IMG/VR virus record: IMGVR_UViG_3300006358_000003
Origin: an uncultured virus (IMG/VR IMGVR_UViG_3300006358_000003)
Taxonomy: Duplodnaviria; Heunggongvirae; Uroviricota; Caudoviricetes
Direction: 5' to 3' (one strand)
DNA: 64,000 bases
The notes under the pieces were generated by a model, which had not been told where the DNA came from, made no database searches, and saw only the letters and a list, made by a program, of their open reading frames with translations. The position numbers and the translations under genes are program-made. Below are positions 1-8,208 of the stretch, piece after piece. Numbering within the stretch: position 1 is the stretch's first letter; each line of letters starts with the position of its first letter.

Positions 1-15
1 TGGCAGCGGCGCGGG

Positions 16-222
16 TCATGCCACCCTCCGGTGATGGTCCTGACGAAAGTCGTCCAGCGCTGCGGAGGAGCAGGCCAAGTACTTCTTGCGCAGCCGGCTG
101 CTTCGCACATAGCCGCTCTGGCAAATTCGGCAAACACGTGCGCCGTCTCTCGTGGCCCACCTCGTATTCGCCTCGTCATATGCATGACCGCGCGCGCAGT
201 GCGTCTTCTGTTGCTTTGTCAT
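16..222 (-). CDS. Small Cys/His zinc-finger protein of the type often fused to phage HNH nucleases
   Basis: KTHCARGHAYDEANT...RVCRIC motif; ATGA overlap with upstream gene. Confidence 0.65.
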   Translation of the reverse strand: MTKQQKTHCARGHAYDEANTRWATRDGARVCRICQSGYVRSSRLRKKYLACSSAALDDFRQDHHRRVA

Positions 223-398
223 GCCACCAACTCCGGCTCTGCCTCAGTGCCGAACAGCCGAAGCCAGCGGTCGCGGTCGCGTAGGTCGGCGACGCTCACG
301 GCATCCTTCGCGGCGGTGCGGCACGGAACGGAGCACCACTTGCGGAATGCCGTCTCGCCGAAGAACTCCGCGCCGCACTGGGGGCAGGACAGGATCAT
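219..398 (-). CDS. Small zinc-ribbon protein
   Basis: CPQCG...WCSVPC; ATG at 398 overlaps the stop of the GcrA-like gene. Confidence 0.6.
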   Translation of the reverse strand: MILSCPQCGAEFFGETAFRKWCSVPCRTAAKDAVSVADLRDRDRWLRLFGTEAEPELVA

Positions 399-1288
399 GC
401 GACTGCCGCCAGGCCATCGAGAGGACGGGGCACTGACCCCCGGGCCTGCCGCGCGTGGTCGCAACAGTAAACGCCGTGGTTAGGATCAACCGGCTCGGCG
501 CAGAACTTCCACGGCCGCCCATCGCTCGTGATCCACTGGCATGTCTTGAACGGAGAAGGCGCTGGCTTCTGCGGCTCCGGCACCCGGACCACACGCTCGC
601 CCTTCGGCGGGATGATCGGTGCCGTGTGTTGCAAAGATGGGAGCGCAGTCAGAGCGCGGTCCGGAATAGGTATCCTGATTTTCCGCTTAACCCCGTCCCT
701 GACTACCGTTCTCCGAACACTTGGCGGCCTAGGTGGTCCGTAGAGGAGCATAAGGATAGGATTTAACCGCGGCGGCAGCCCCATGCGATGCACCAGGCCG
801 ATGATCGCGTTCTTGGTCACACGCGGGATGACGCTATCCGCGATGCGCTTTGTGCTTACCCCCGCATCCCAGAGTTCGCGGACCTTGGCCTTGAACTCGT
901 CCCTGTGTTTCTGGTTGGCGTATCCGTTGGCGACCAACCCGCAGGCAACCGAGCAGTGAACGGAATCGGAGCTTGCCTTGCGCTTGCCGCCACAGACCGG
1001 GCACTTGGGCCGTGCCGCATCTGCTCTGGCGGTGTTGGCTAATCCGCTGCATCGGCGGGAGCAGTATGTATGGAGCTTCGGCCTGTGGACCGTCTCGCCG
1101 CAATGAGCGCAGACGAACTCGATCGGATTGCGCCCGACTGGCTTGCGGGATGGAAGCCCGATGCGCTGGGCCTTTGAAGCCGCAGACGCCACCGTGACGC
1201 CCACGAGGTCGCTTAGGTCCGTTGGGGAAAGCCCATCGGCCCACCCGTCGCAGAGCAACAACGTCTTGTCTGCTGTCCATTCGGTCAT
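395..1288 (-). CDS. gcrA: GcrA-like cell-cycle regulator with two GcrA-type HTH modules and zinc ribbons
   Basis: MTEWTADKTLLLCDGWADGLS..KAQRIGL and LWDAGVSTKRIA..VTKNAIIGLVHRMGL; C-terminal CQW...FC...YCCDH. Confidence 0.8.
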   Translation of the reverse strand: MTEWTADKTLLLCDGWADGLSPTDLSDLVGVTVASAASKAQRIGLPSRKPVGRNPIEFVCAHCGETVHRPKLHTYCSRRCSGLANTARADAARPKCPVCGGKRKASSDSVHCSVACGLVANGYANQKHRDEFKAKVRELWDAGVSTKRIADSVIPRVTKNAIIGLVHRMGLPPRLNPILMLLYGPPRPPSVRRTVVRDGVKRKIRIPIPDRALTALPSLQHTAPIIPPKGERVVRVPEPQKPAPSPFKTCQWITSDGRPWKFCAEPVDPNHGVYCCDHARQARGSVPRPLDGLAAVA

Positions 1289-1458
1289 GCAGCCTGCTCC
1301 GCTGGTCGGTTCGGCCAATGCCTGAGGCAGAATTGCCGGCGTGGCTCGCCTGCATCGAGCGCGAAGCCCATCAGCATCTCGGGCTCCATGCCGGGCGCTA
1401 CGGCGATGGCCGGCTCGGGGCACAGATCGCAGAGCAGGGGAGGGGCGTCGTCAATCAT
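1285..1458 (-). CDS. Hypothetical small protein (CxxC...CxxH)
   Basis: Overlap-coupled ORF in the early operon. Confidence 0.5.
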   Translation of the reverse strand: MIDDAPPLLCDLCPEPAIAVAPGMEPEMLMGFALDAGEPRRQFCLRHWPNRPAEQAA

Positions 1459-1624
1459 GCGGCATCCTTTCACGGGAATGCCGCTCCACCAGGAGACGAT
1501 CAGACGGCAACATGGCCGCTAGAGATTCCTCCTTGAACTCGATTTGGAGGAACATCAGCCGGGCCAACTCCCAAGCGGTTATGTCGCGCTTGATGGTGGT
1601 TACATTGGCTATGCGTGTCGTCAC
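1451..1624 (-). CDS. Hypothetical protein
   Basis: GTG start with GGAGG RBS; coupled to neighbours. Confidence 0.5.
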   Translation of the reverse strand: MTTRIANVTTIKRDITAWELARLMFLQIEFKEESLAAMLPSDRLLVERHSRERMPHD

Positions 1625-1767
1625 CGCCGCCTCCCCTTGAACGCTTCGACCGCACGAGACCGGAACCAATCGGCCGCCCGCTGGTGGATGTCGCTGCACC
1701 AGGCGTAGATGGTCCACAGACCTGGCTTAGCCTCCGAGTGCGACAGCAGCGCGTGCAACTCGGTCAT
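1621..1767 (-). CDS. Hypothetical protein
   Basis: ATGA overlap with 1764..2195. Confidence 0.45.
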   Translation of the reverse strand: MTELHALLSHSEAKPGLWTIYAWCSDIHQRAADWFRSRAVEAFKGRRR

Positions 1768-2195
1768 GCGGCCCGCCGCGGCGCGTATCCGGGCGCAGCG
1801 GGCTTCGTCGCCGTCTTCCGCGGCTGCCATTCCAAGACCTCCCTGATGGCGAGCTGCTTTCCCGCAGCTTCTTCAGCGTCGGCGACGCGCGCCCAGTACT
1901 CGGCGCGGCGGCGGTGCCAGTCGGCAGTCGAGCGAGCGAGCGCAGCCTGTCCGGCGCGCAGCCAGCCGATCTCCTGCCGGGTCGGCTCTCGGTAGGCGCC
2001 GACGTTCTCGTAAAGCTGGCGCGTCCGGCGCTCGCTGATGCCGTAGCGCGCGGCGGCAATTGTGAGCGCGGCGGATAGCTTGATGCCGCGTTCACGGATG
2101 GCAGAGACGCCGGCCCGCACTACTGCGACGGCGAACTCAGTATCCGAGGCGCGTGCCTGATATGGTTGGTAATCCCATGACACGGGAAAGCTCAC
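1764..2195 (-). CDS. Putative DNA-binding protein (CII-like position, HTH-like segment)
   Basis: AAARYGISERRTRQLY HTH-like segment; downstream of cro. Confidence 0.5.
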   Translation of the reverse strand: MSFPVSWDYQPYQARASDTEFAVAVVRAGVSAIRERGIKLSAALTIAAARYGISERRTRQLYENVGAYREPTRQEIGWLRAGQAALARSTADWHRRRAEYWARVADAEEAAGKQLAIREVLEWQPRKTATKPAAPGYAPRRAA

Positions 2196-2416
2196 AGCTT
2201 ATCTCCGGCTACCATGCGAGAATTGGAAAAGACGCGCGCCGGGGTTTCGGAGGGTATCGGTGCCCGGCGCGCGCTGGAGTTGGAGTTAGTCGGGGATAGA
2301 AACATCGTGGGTGTGCCAGCAACCCGTGACACAGTCGGGACCAGCCGCTTAACCACGAAGCAGCCAATGGGGATCGACAGCACGAACCACGCGGCGGTGA
2401 TGAGCGCCCACGTCAT
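2192..2416 (-). CDS. Small membrane protein
   Basis: N-terminal hydrophobic helix MTWALITAAWFVLSIPIGCFVV; ATGA coupling. Confidence 0.45.
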   Translation of the reverse strand: MTWALITAAWFVLSIPIGCFVVKRLVPTVSRVAGTPTMFLSPTNSNSSARRAPIPSETPARVFSNSRMVAGDKL

Positions 2417-2718
2417 TGCCGCATCCTGTCCAACTGCCGAAGCAGTATCCGTAGCCGGCGGTACTTCTCTCCCGTGCTGTGCCCATCCCATTCGCCGGCA
2501 TACGGGGGGAGATCGGCGAACAGCTCGTGCTCGGATGAGTGGTAATGCCAGCTAAGTTGCCCAGTCGGCGCGTCGATGTAGACGCAGCCATGCCATTCCG
2601 GGTCCCACCCCTCGATGGCGGTCTGCTTGACGCCGCTCGGATACAGACGGGCCAGCAGAGCCACGAGATGGTCCCGCTCGTGATAAACCGCATTCTTCTT
2701 GGAAGCGGGCCACGTCAT
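2413..2718 (-). CDS. Conserved phage protein with WDGH motif
   Basis: YHERDHLVALL...PTGQLSWHY...WDGHSTGEKY. Confidence 0.7.
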   Translation of the reverse strand: MTWPASKKNAVYHERDHLVALLARLYPSGVKQTAIEGWDPEWHGCVYIDAPTGQLSWHYHSSEHELFADLPPYAGEWDGHSTGEKYRRLRILLRQLDRMRQ

Positions 2719-2978
2719 GCGGCGCACTCGACTGGCGTCGGTGGATTGTCACGGCGGTCGCTGCGTGGCTTCCGTGGCCGGTGCAGCCGCAACAGCAACT
2801 CGTGGTCTACACCCTCGACGCCTTGCTCAGCCGCGAGTGCGATCAATGCCGACCAGTGCTCGGGCGGAATGCGCTCGCGGCGTGCCCAGTAGGTAACTGT
2901 GTTCGCCTCAACCCCAGCCGCAGCGGCAACGACGGCTCGGCCGCCTAGCGATTCAATAAGGGCTTCGACCGTCTCCAT
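2715..2978 (-). CDS. cro: Cro-like HTH regulator
   Basis: LIESLGGRAVVAAAAGVEANTVTYWARRERIPPEHW; divergent from an XRE repressor. Confidence 0.85.
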   Translation of the reverse strand: METVEALIESLGGRAVVAAAAGVEANTVTYWARRERIPPEHWSALIALAAEQGVEGVDHELLLRLHRPRKPRSDRRDNPPTPVECAA

Positions 2979-2985
2979 GCGTGAC

Positions 2986-3014
2986 AGTCTGATGGCTATT
3001 TGCCATCAGGTCAA
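2986..3014 (-). promoter_or_regulatory. cro promoter TTGACC-N17-CAGACT with an operator in the spacer
   Basis: -35 at 3014-3009, -10 at 2991-2986; palindrome CTGATGGC-TATTT-GCCATCAG at 2989-3009. Confidence 0.7.
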
Positions 3015-3066
3015 GCATGATAATTGCCACGCGCCGAAATATATCCCGGTGGCCCAAGATGGCAAT

Positions 3067-3468
3067 ATGTCACGGAAGGGGCGGAATGCGTCTTACCGCG
3101 AGTTGCAGGCCGAGATTGGCCAGCGGCTACGCTGGGCGCGTGAGCTGGTAGAACCCAACCGGGCAGCGTTCGCCAGAGTAATTGGGGTGGACCGAACGAC
3201 GGTGCAGAAGATAGAGGACGGCGATCGTCCTCCCTCAGTCTTTAATGTGATAGAATTTTGCCACGCCTTGCATATAACGCCAAACTACTTGCTTCTCGGG
3301 TCGATGCAGGGTCTTGATGGTGAATTGGCTGCGGCACTAGCAGCCCGACATCCAGAGCTATCTCTCCACCACCATTCGCCATCCGATCCGCACAATCCAG
3401 GCACGGCCAGCGCCTCCGACAGCGCGAAGCGGCCCAAGAAACCAGCGGCGAAGCTGAAGGTGGCTTAA
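3067..3468 (+). CDS. cI: CI-like XRE-family repressor (no peptidase domain)
   Basis: IGQRLRWARE...AAFARVIGVDRTTVQKIEDGDRPP...ITPNYLLLG. Confidence 0.85.
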   Translation: MSRKGRNASYRELQAEIGQRLRWARELVEPNRAAFARVIGVDRTTVQKIEDGDRPPSVFNVIEFCHALHITPNYLLLGSMQGLDGELAAALAARHPELSLHHHSPSDPHNPGTASASDSAKRPKKPAAKLKVA

Positions 3469-3510
3469 GCGGCACAATTTCGGCCGATGGCGGTGTGTGG
3501 CTGAAATCTT

Positions 3511-3571
3511 TGATGGCAAATAGCCATCTTTCCTCTTGACCTCGCTCCGGTAGTGGTGGCAAATTGCCATC
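3511..3571 (+). promoter_or_regulatory. Rightward early promoter region with two operators
   Basis: TGATGGCAAATAGCCATC (3511-3528) and GGTGGCAAATTGCCATC (3555-3571) flank TTGACC at 3536. Confidence 0.7.
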
Positions 3572-3589
3572 GACACATCGGAGGCCGCT

Positions 3590-4096
3590 ATGGCCCTTCT
3601 TTCCCCGACCGATCCTAACCGTCCCGACCAATCCCAGCAGCGGCATGACGTGGGATGCGAGTCCGGCGAGGATCGTATGCGGCACGGTTCGGCCCTTTCG
3701 ATTGCCGGAGCCTTCAACACAGGTACGGCCTGTGAAAGCCTTCCGGCGGTTGTTGTCGGCACGCTCGGCACGCTAGGCGATTGTGACGCTACGGCTACGC
3801 CTCCCGCAAGCGTCAGTACGGTAACATGCCGAACGGAACCCGGTATCGCAGAGCGAAATATCGCGCACATTCCGCAGGTTGCGGACGCCGCGCAACGATA
3901 TTGCGTTTTGGCGGGCGCCTCAGAGGACAATAGTCCTGACCTATCGGCAATTCCCGTCAGTCGCGAGCGGGTGCCTGATATTGCCCCGGACACGGGAATA
4001 GATGCGGCGGCTGGCGAGACCTGTCCGGCGTGCATGGGCAGCGGCAGGGGCCACTTCGGTCGGTGCTCGATCTGCCTCGGGAGTGGCGTGTCGTGA
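3590..4096 (+). CDS. Hypothetical protein with C-terminal DnaJ-type zinc knuckle
   Basis: GGAGG RBS; CPACMGSG...CSICLGSG. Confidence 0.5.
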   Translation: MALLSPTDPNRPDQSQQRHDVGCESGEDRMRHGSALSIAGAFNTGTACESLPAVVVGTLGTLGDCDATATPPASVSTVTCRTEPGIAERNIAHIPQVADAAQRYCVLAGASEDNSPDLSAIPVSRERVPDIAPDTGIDAAAGETCPACMGSGRGHFGRCSICLGSGVS

Positions 4097-4230
4097 TCGC
4101 CACCGCCGCCATCCTCGCCGGCCTGCTCCTCGTCGCCGCCTGGGTGCTCTCGCATCCCGTGCCGACGCCGCGCCCGCCGAGCCGCGCGCCGGACCTGCGG
4201 TCATACGAACCCACCAGGGACAAGGACTGA
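4093..4230 (+). CDS. Small membrane protein
   Basis: GTGA overlap; one TM helix. Confidence 0.5.
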   Translation: MIATAAILAGLLLVAAWVLSHPVPTPRPPSRAPDLRSYEPTRDKD

Positions 4231-4234
4231 GGCG

Positions 4235-4447
4235 ATGACCCTTACTCAGCACGTCATAACGATGTTCACCGGCTTGGTTGATGGCCTAAGCGACGATGCG
4301 TTGGACGCGCTACGACGCGATCTTGAATGCGACATAGCCGAAGGTGAATCGGTCGGGATCAATACCCGAATCCTTGAGACCGTCGAAGCCGAGATAGCCT
4401 GGCGCTTTGGCGTTGCCACAGGGCAGCTCGATGAGCCGGTGTCGTGA
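4235..4447 (+). CDS. Hypothetical protein
   Basis: GAGG RBS; acidic helical ORF. Confidence 0.6.
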   Translation: MTLTQHVITMFTGLVDGLSDDALDALRRDLECDIAEGESVGINTRILETVEAEIAWRFGVATGQLDEPVS

Positions 4448-4683
4448 GCGAGCGTTGGCGAGATTCATATGACGCATGGAAGCTGGCGACGCCGTCCGAA
4501 TACGAGCTCACCAGCGAGCAGGAACGCGCACTAGAGGACGCCGCCGAGATCGAGCGGCTGCGCCAGGCACTCATTGATGTCCGCGAACTGATAGACGGTT
4601 ACGTGGACGTGTCCTGGGAAGGCACCGGCCCGAATGACGCGATGCGCGCAACGCAGATCATCGACGAGGCGCTGAAGCAATGA
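4444..4683 (+). CDS. Hypothetical phage protein
   Basis: YDAWKLATP motif common in phage early genes; coupled. Confidence 0.65.
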   Translation: MSERWRDSYDAWKLATPSEYELTSEQERALEDAAEIERLRQALIDVRELIDGYVDVSWEGTGPNDAMRATQIIDEALKQ

Positions 4684-4916
4684 CCACAACGCTCTACTGC
4701 CAGGAGTGCAGCGGTCGCGGCATGGTGACGTGGGATCACCCCAACGACCCGTGCGCCAGGCTGCAGCCGTGCGATGTGTGCGAAGCGACAGGCGTTGCGC
4801 GGTGCGGAGCATACGGCTGCGCCCAGATCGCCGTCGATGCCGTCGTGGTCGCGCGGTCGTTCACCCCACTCTGCGCTCGCCACTTCGCAGAGCATCAAGC
4901 GGACGCAGCAGCATGA
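4680..4916 (+). CDS. Zinc-finger protein
   Basis: CQECSGRG...CDVCEATG...LCARH. Confidence 0.6.
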   Translation: MTTTLYCQECSGRGMVTWDHPNDPCARLQPCDVCEATGVARCGAYGCAQIAVDAVVVARSFTPLCARHFAEHQADAAA

Positions 4917-5110
4917 CCCCCCTGCGCTTCACGAGCGTCGAAGACCTCCGGCCAGCCCCCTGCGAATACTGCGGCGGCGATGGCGAGTGGGAGGAGATGT
5001 ACTGGAACGGCCACGAGCCGATGGCGCGGATGCATCGCTGCACCGCGTGCAATGGCACTGGCGAGGAGTGGATCGAGGTCGCGCCCATCGAGATGGAGGA
5101 CCTGCAGTGA
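4913..5110 (+). CDS. DnaJ-type zinc-knuckle protein
   Basis: CEYCGGDG...CTACNGTG. Confidence 0.65.
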   Translation: MTPLRFTSVEDLRPAPCEYCGGDGEWEEMYWNGHEPMARMHRCTACNGTGEEWIEVAPIEMEDLQ

Positions 5111-5301
5111 AGAACGGCGAGATACTGGCCGGCGCTAAGTTCTACGCCAGGGCAGCGGCATTTCGCGCTGTCCATGGGGTTATCCCGGAGCGCAATGCCG
5201 AGGCAGATGAGGCCAACTGGAAGCGGACGCGCGTCGATGTCCGCGAGGGATGCATTGAAATGGTCCGCGGCATTCTCGCGGCCTGCGAGGTCAAGACATG
5301 A
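5107..5301 (+). CDS. Hypothetical protein
   Basis: GTGA coupling; GGAGG RBS. Confidence 0.55.
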   Translation: MKNGEILAGAKFYARAAAFRAVHGVIPERNAEADEANWKRTRVDVREGCIEMVRGILAACEVKT

Positions 5302-5513
5302 GCCGCCTGCGCCAGAGCGCCGAGAACCTTCGGTTGTTGGCCTCGGTCTACGAGGAGACGGCCCGCTGGTGCCTGTGCGAGCGCGAGATCGACGCATGGA
5401 CCGAGGCGACGCTGCGGCTGCTGGACGCCGCCGATGCCCTTGAGCGGTGCGCAGAGGACGCCGAGCCCGCACTGCAACGCGATGAGATGATGGAGGTCGA
5501 GAATGCCGCATGA
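5298..5513 (+). CDS. Hypothetical protein
   Basis: ATGA coupling. Confidence 0.55.
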   Translation: MSRLRQSAENLRLLASVYEETARWCLCEREIDAWTEATLRLLDAADALERCAEDAEPALQRDEMMEVENAA

Positions 5514-5826
5514 AGTGATTGCGAGCGTTAGGGTCGTGCTACCCGAGGCGCCTGCCGATATGGCCGGAGCGCTGGGCGAGATCGCCGAGGCGTGGTCCAA
5601 CTTCCTCGGGGCGTTCGATCAGTACGGCGCCAGCAGCGAGGTCACGTTCTCGGTCAACGAGACGCGCGCCAAGCCCGGCCCGAAGCCGCAGCGCAAGCCG
5701 CGCAAGTTTAAGATTATGCCTGATGGGTCTGCGCAGTTCACTGAGCGCGAGCAGGAGGAAAAGACGCTGCCTACGCTGGACGACGATGTGCGCGGGATAC
5801 TGCTGCCGGAGGACGCGCAACCATGA
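5503..5826 (+). CDS. Hypothetical protein
   Basis: GGAGG RBS; coupled. Confidence 0.6.
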   Translation: MPHEVIASVRVVLPEAPADMAGALGEIAEAWSNFLGAFDQYGASSEVTFSVNETRAKPGPKPQRKPRKFKIMPDGSAQFTEREQEEKTLPTLDDDVRGILLPEDAQP

Positions 5827-6026
5827 CCGAAGAAAGCATCCGCCTGACTGTAGCCGAGATGTGGACCGAGGAGCTGCTTGCGCTCGTAGAGCGCATGGCA
5901 CGCAGTACCAGTGCAAGAAGTTCTGAGGCCCGCGCGTTGCTCGCGAAGATCGACGCGCTGGAGGTACCCGACAGACCGCAGCGCAAGCGGTCTGCGCCGC
6001 CGCTAGAAGAAGGATCGTTCTGGTGA
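5823..6026 (+). CDS. Hypothetical protein
   Basis: ATGA/GTGA coupling on both sides. Confidence 0.55.
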   Translation: MTEESIRLTVAEMWTEELLALVERMARSTSARSSEARALLAKIDALEVPDRPQRKRSAPPLEEGSFW

Positions 6027-6706
6027 CCATCAAATATCATCCAGAGCTGATACAGGGCAGCGCCGAATGGCTGGCTGCTCGATGCGGGATGCTCACTGCT
6101 TCTGAGATGAAGCTAATCATCACGCCCTCGCTCAAGGCTGCGTCGAACGACAAGGAACGCTCGCATCTGTTCGAGCTTCTGGCGCAGCGCGTCACCGGCT
6201 ACGTCGAGCCGGCTTATGTCAGCGACGACATGCTGCGCGGGCAAGCCGACGAGGTCGAGGCGCGCATCCTCTACGCTAAGCACTACGCCCCAGTCACCGA
6301 CATGGGGTTCATCACGAATGACCGATGGGGCTTTACCATCGGGTGCTCACCGGACGGCCTGATCGGCAACGACGGGATGCTGGAGTGCAAGTCACGAAGG
6401 CAGAAGTTCCAGGTTGAGACGATCGCCAGCGGTAACATGCCGGCCGACTATCTGATCCAGGTGCAGACCGCGCTACTAGTGGCCGAGCGCGAATGGCTGG
6501 ACTTCGTCTCTTACAGCGGCGGTCTGCCGATGTGGACGGCGCGCGTCTACCCGGACGTGTTCGTGCAGGCGGCGATTGTCGAGGCTGCTACGGCGTTCGA
6601 GGAGCGCCTGGCAGCGAAGCTGGCGCACTACCGCGCGACGTTGAATGACCCGGCCGAGAAGCTGATCCCGACAGAGCGTCGGATCGAGCAGGAGATGTTC
6701 ATCTAA
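6023..6706 (+). CDS. YqaJ / lambda-exonuclease family recombination exonuclease
   Basis: QGSAEWLAARCGMLTASE, CSPDGL, LECKS, QVQ motifs. Confidence 0.92.
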   Translation: MTIKYHPELIQGSAEWLAARCGMLTASEMKLIITPSLKAASNDKERSHLFELLAQRVTGYVEPAYVSDDMLRGQADEVEARILYAKHYAPVTDMGFITNDRWGFTIGCSPDGLIGNDGMLECKSRRQKFQVETIASGNMPADYLIQVQTALLVAEREWLDFVSYSGGLPMWTARVYPDVFVQAAIVEAATAFEERLAAKLAHYRATLNDPAEKLIPTERRIEQEMFI

Positions 6707-6790
6707 TGTCGGAGTGAGCATGATCGGATACATTCAGCGCGGAACCTCTTGGGCGCATGTCCCGATGCCACAGAATGTTGGAGAGTAACT

Positions 6791-7432
6791 ATGAGCGATA
6801 TGTCTCCTGTCATAGTCCCACGGTCAGACCAGCTTAATGCGGAGGATTTTCTGGGCGGGTCTCGCACCTTTTGTATTGAGTCTGTCCACATAAACCCTGG
6901 TCAAGAACAGCCAGTGTCAATAGTCATGGCTGGAGAGCCGCGCGTCTGGCGCCCCTGTAAGAGCATGTCGCGTTGCCTAGTGGCTGTATGGGGGGCTGAT
7001 GCTAAAGCATACGTTGGTAAAAGCGTCACGCTCTACAACGATCCGAAAGTCAGATGGGGAGGCTTGGAGGTCGGCGGTATTCGCATCAGCCACATGTCGC
7101 ATATAACCCAGGACGTGACGATGGCACTTACCGTGACGCGCGGGAACAAAAAGCCATTCGTCGTGAAGCCCCTGCGCGCACCACCGGCCGACGCTCCCAA
7201 GCGGCAGACGATCACCCAATGGCTTGACGACCTCGAGGCCGAGTTGAAGGCTGCGGATATGTCTGAGCGTCACGAGATCCTGGCGCGCGACGACGTGAAG
7301 AAGGCACATCAGACGCTGCGCAACGGCGCGCTGGACCGGCTGAAGGCCATCACCGCTGCGGCTCTGGCCGAGCTGGACGACGATGGCGAGTTGCCCGCCG
7401 ACGCATCGCACGAGCCGGCGGACGTGGCGTGA
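6791..7432 (+). CDS. Conserved phage protein in the SSAP position after the exonuclease (candidate annealing/ssDNA-binding protein)
   Basis: PRSDQLNAEDF..WRPCKSM..WG..YVGKSVTLY..GGIRISHMSH; synteny. Confidence 0.6.
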   Translation: MSDMSPVIVPRSDQLNAEDFLGGSRTFCIESVHINPGQEQPVSIVMAGEPRVWRPCKSMSRCLVAVWGADAKAYVGKSVTLYNDPKVRWGGLEVGGIRISHMSHITQDVTMALTVTRGNKKPFVVKPLRAPPADAPKRQTITQWLDDLEAELKAADMSERHEILARDDVKKAHQTLRNGALDRLKAITAAALAELDDDGELPADASHEPADVA

Positions 7433-7647
7433 TGGCTGACGGGAAATCCAAAACGACCACCAAGCCCTTCTCCTGGCCGACGCTAGGATCATGCGTAAAA
7501 TCGTGGGAAGGGACGTGCGACCACTGCGGGCAGCCATACCCGCCTGATACGCGCATCACGTCCCGCTGGTCTAAGACGCGGTTCACCATCGCCTGCCAAT
7601 GCAGCCCGGCGCAGTGGGTCACGATGGAGGTTGGTAGTGGAAGGTAA
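7429..7647 (+). CDS. Small Cys-rich protein
   Basis: CDHCG...CQC; N-terminal DGKSKTT motif. Confidence 0.55.
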   Translation: MMADGKSKTTTKPFSWPTLGSCVKSWEGTCDHCGQPYPPDTRITSRWSKTRFTIACQCSPAQWVTMEVGSGR

Positions 7648-7846
7648 ATCCCAAACCACCAGGCAGCAGGTCATCCAAGGCGAGACGCGCATCTGTATCA
7701 ACGCAGACGATTGCTCAGGTCTGACGGTCGGCAAGAGGTACACGGTCATTGGCCCGAGCAGCGCGCATGTGCTGCCCACGCTGATAGTCGTGTGCGATGA
7801 CGGATCAACGGCAGCGTATGCAGCAGAGAGGTTCAGCCGTGACTGA
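7631..7846 (+). CDS. Small SH3-like beta protein
   Basis: CIN...LTVGKRYTV...VVCDDG...YAAERF; N-terminal EGKSQTT. Confidence 0.6.
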   Translation: MVVEGKSQTTRQQVIQGETRICINADDCSGLTVGKRYTVIGPSSAHVLPTLIVVCDDGSTAAYAAERFSRD

Positions 7847-8015
7847 CCGAAAATCCGATACGACCGACTGGCCGAAGCACTGCCACATCGGATCGTGTCA
7901 GCGCCATCAGCAGTGCATGTATCGCCCGTGTCGCGCGGCCAAAGTCACCACAGACGGTAAAGCCGATACGACGGTCAGCTTCCCGCGGGCGCCGTCACCA
8001 CCAGCCCGTTCATAG
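7839..8015 (+). CDS. Small Cys/His-rich protein
   Basis: CHIGSCQRHQQCMYRPC; DRKSDTT and DGKADTT motifs. Confidence 0.45.
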   Translation: MTDRKSDTTDWPKHCHIGSCQRHQQCMYRPCRAAKVTTDGKADTTVSFPRAPSPPARS

Positions 8016-8208
8016 CCGCGCAGGCCGCCTTGGCTGCCACGTCGGCCTTGGCCACGTTCCCCTGATCCTCGGGCTTGGCGTCGATCACGATCGCGACCGG
8101 AACCGCTTGGCTCTCGACGGCGCACGCGATTGTCACGGCCTGCTGCGCCTGTTGGGCCTGCTGTGGGGTGCAGGCAGCGACAAGGGTGACGAGGCGGTTC
8201 ATGTTCAT
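7975..8208 (-). CDS. Small putative lipoprotein, last gene of the late region
   Basis: MNMNRLVTLVAAC lipobox-like start; Ala-rich helices. Confidence 0.55.
   Translation of the reverse strand: MNMNRLVTLVAACTPQQAQQAQQAVTIACAVESQAVPVAIVIDAKPEDQGNVAKADVAAKAACAAMNGLVVTAPAGS

Noticed and set aside
2899..3066. Longer N-terminus for the repressor given by the ORF track
   Set aside because: It overlaps cro and the operator region; ATG at 3067 fits the XRE domain.
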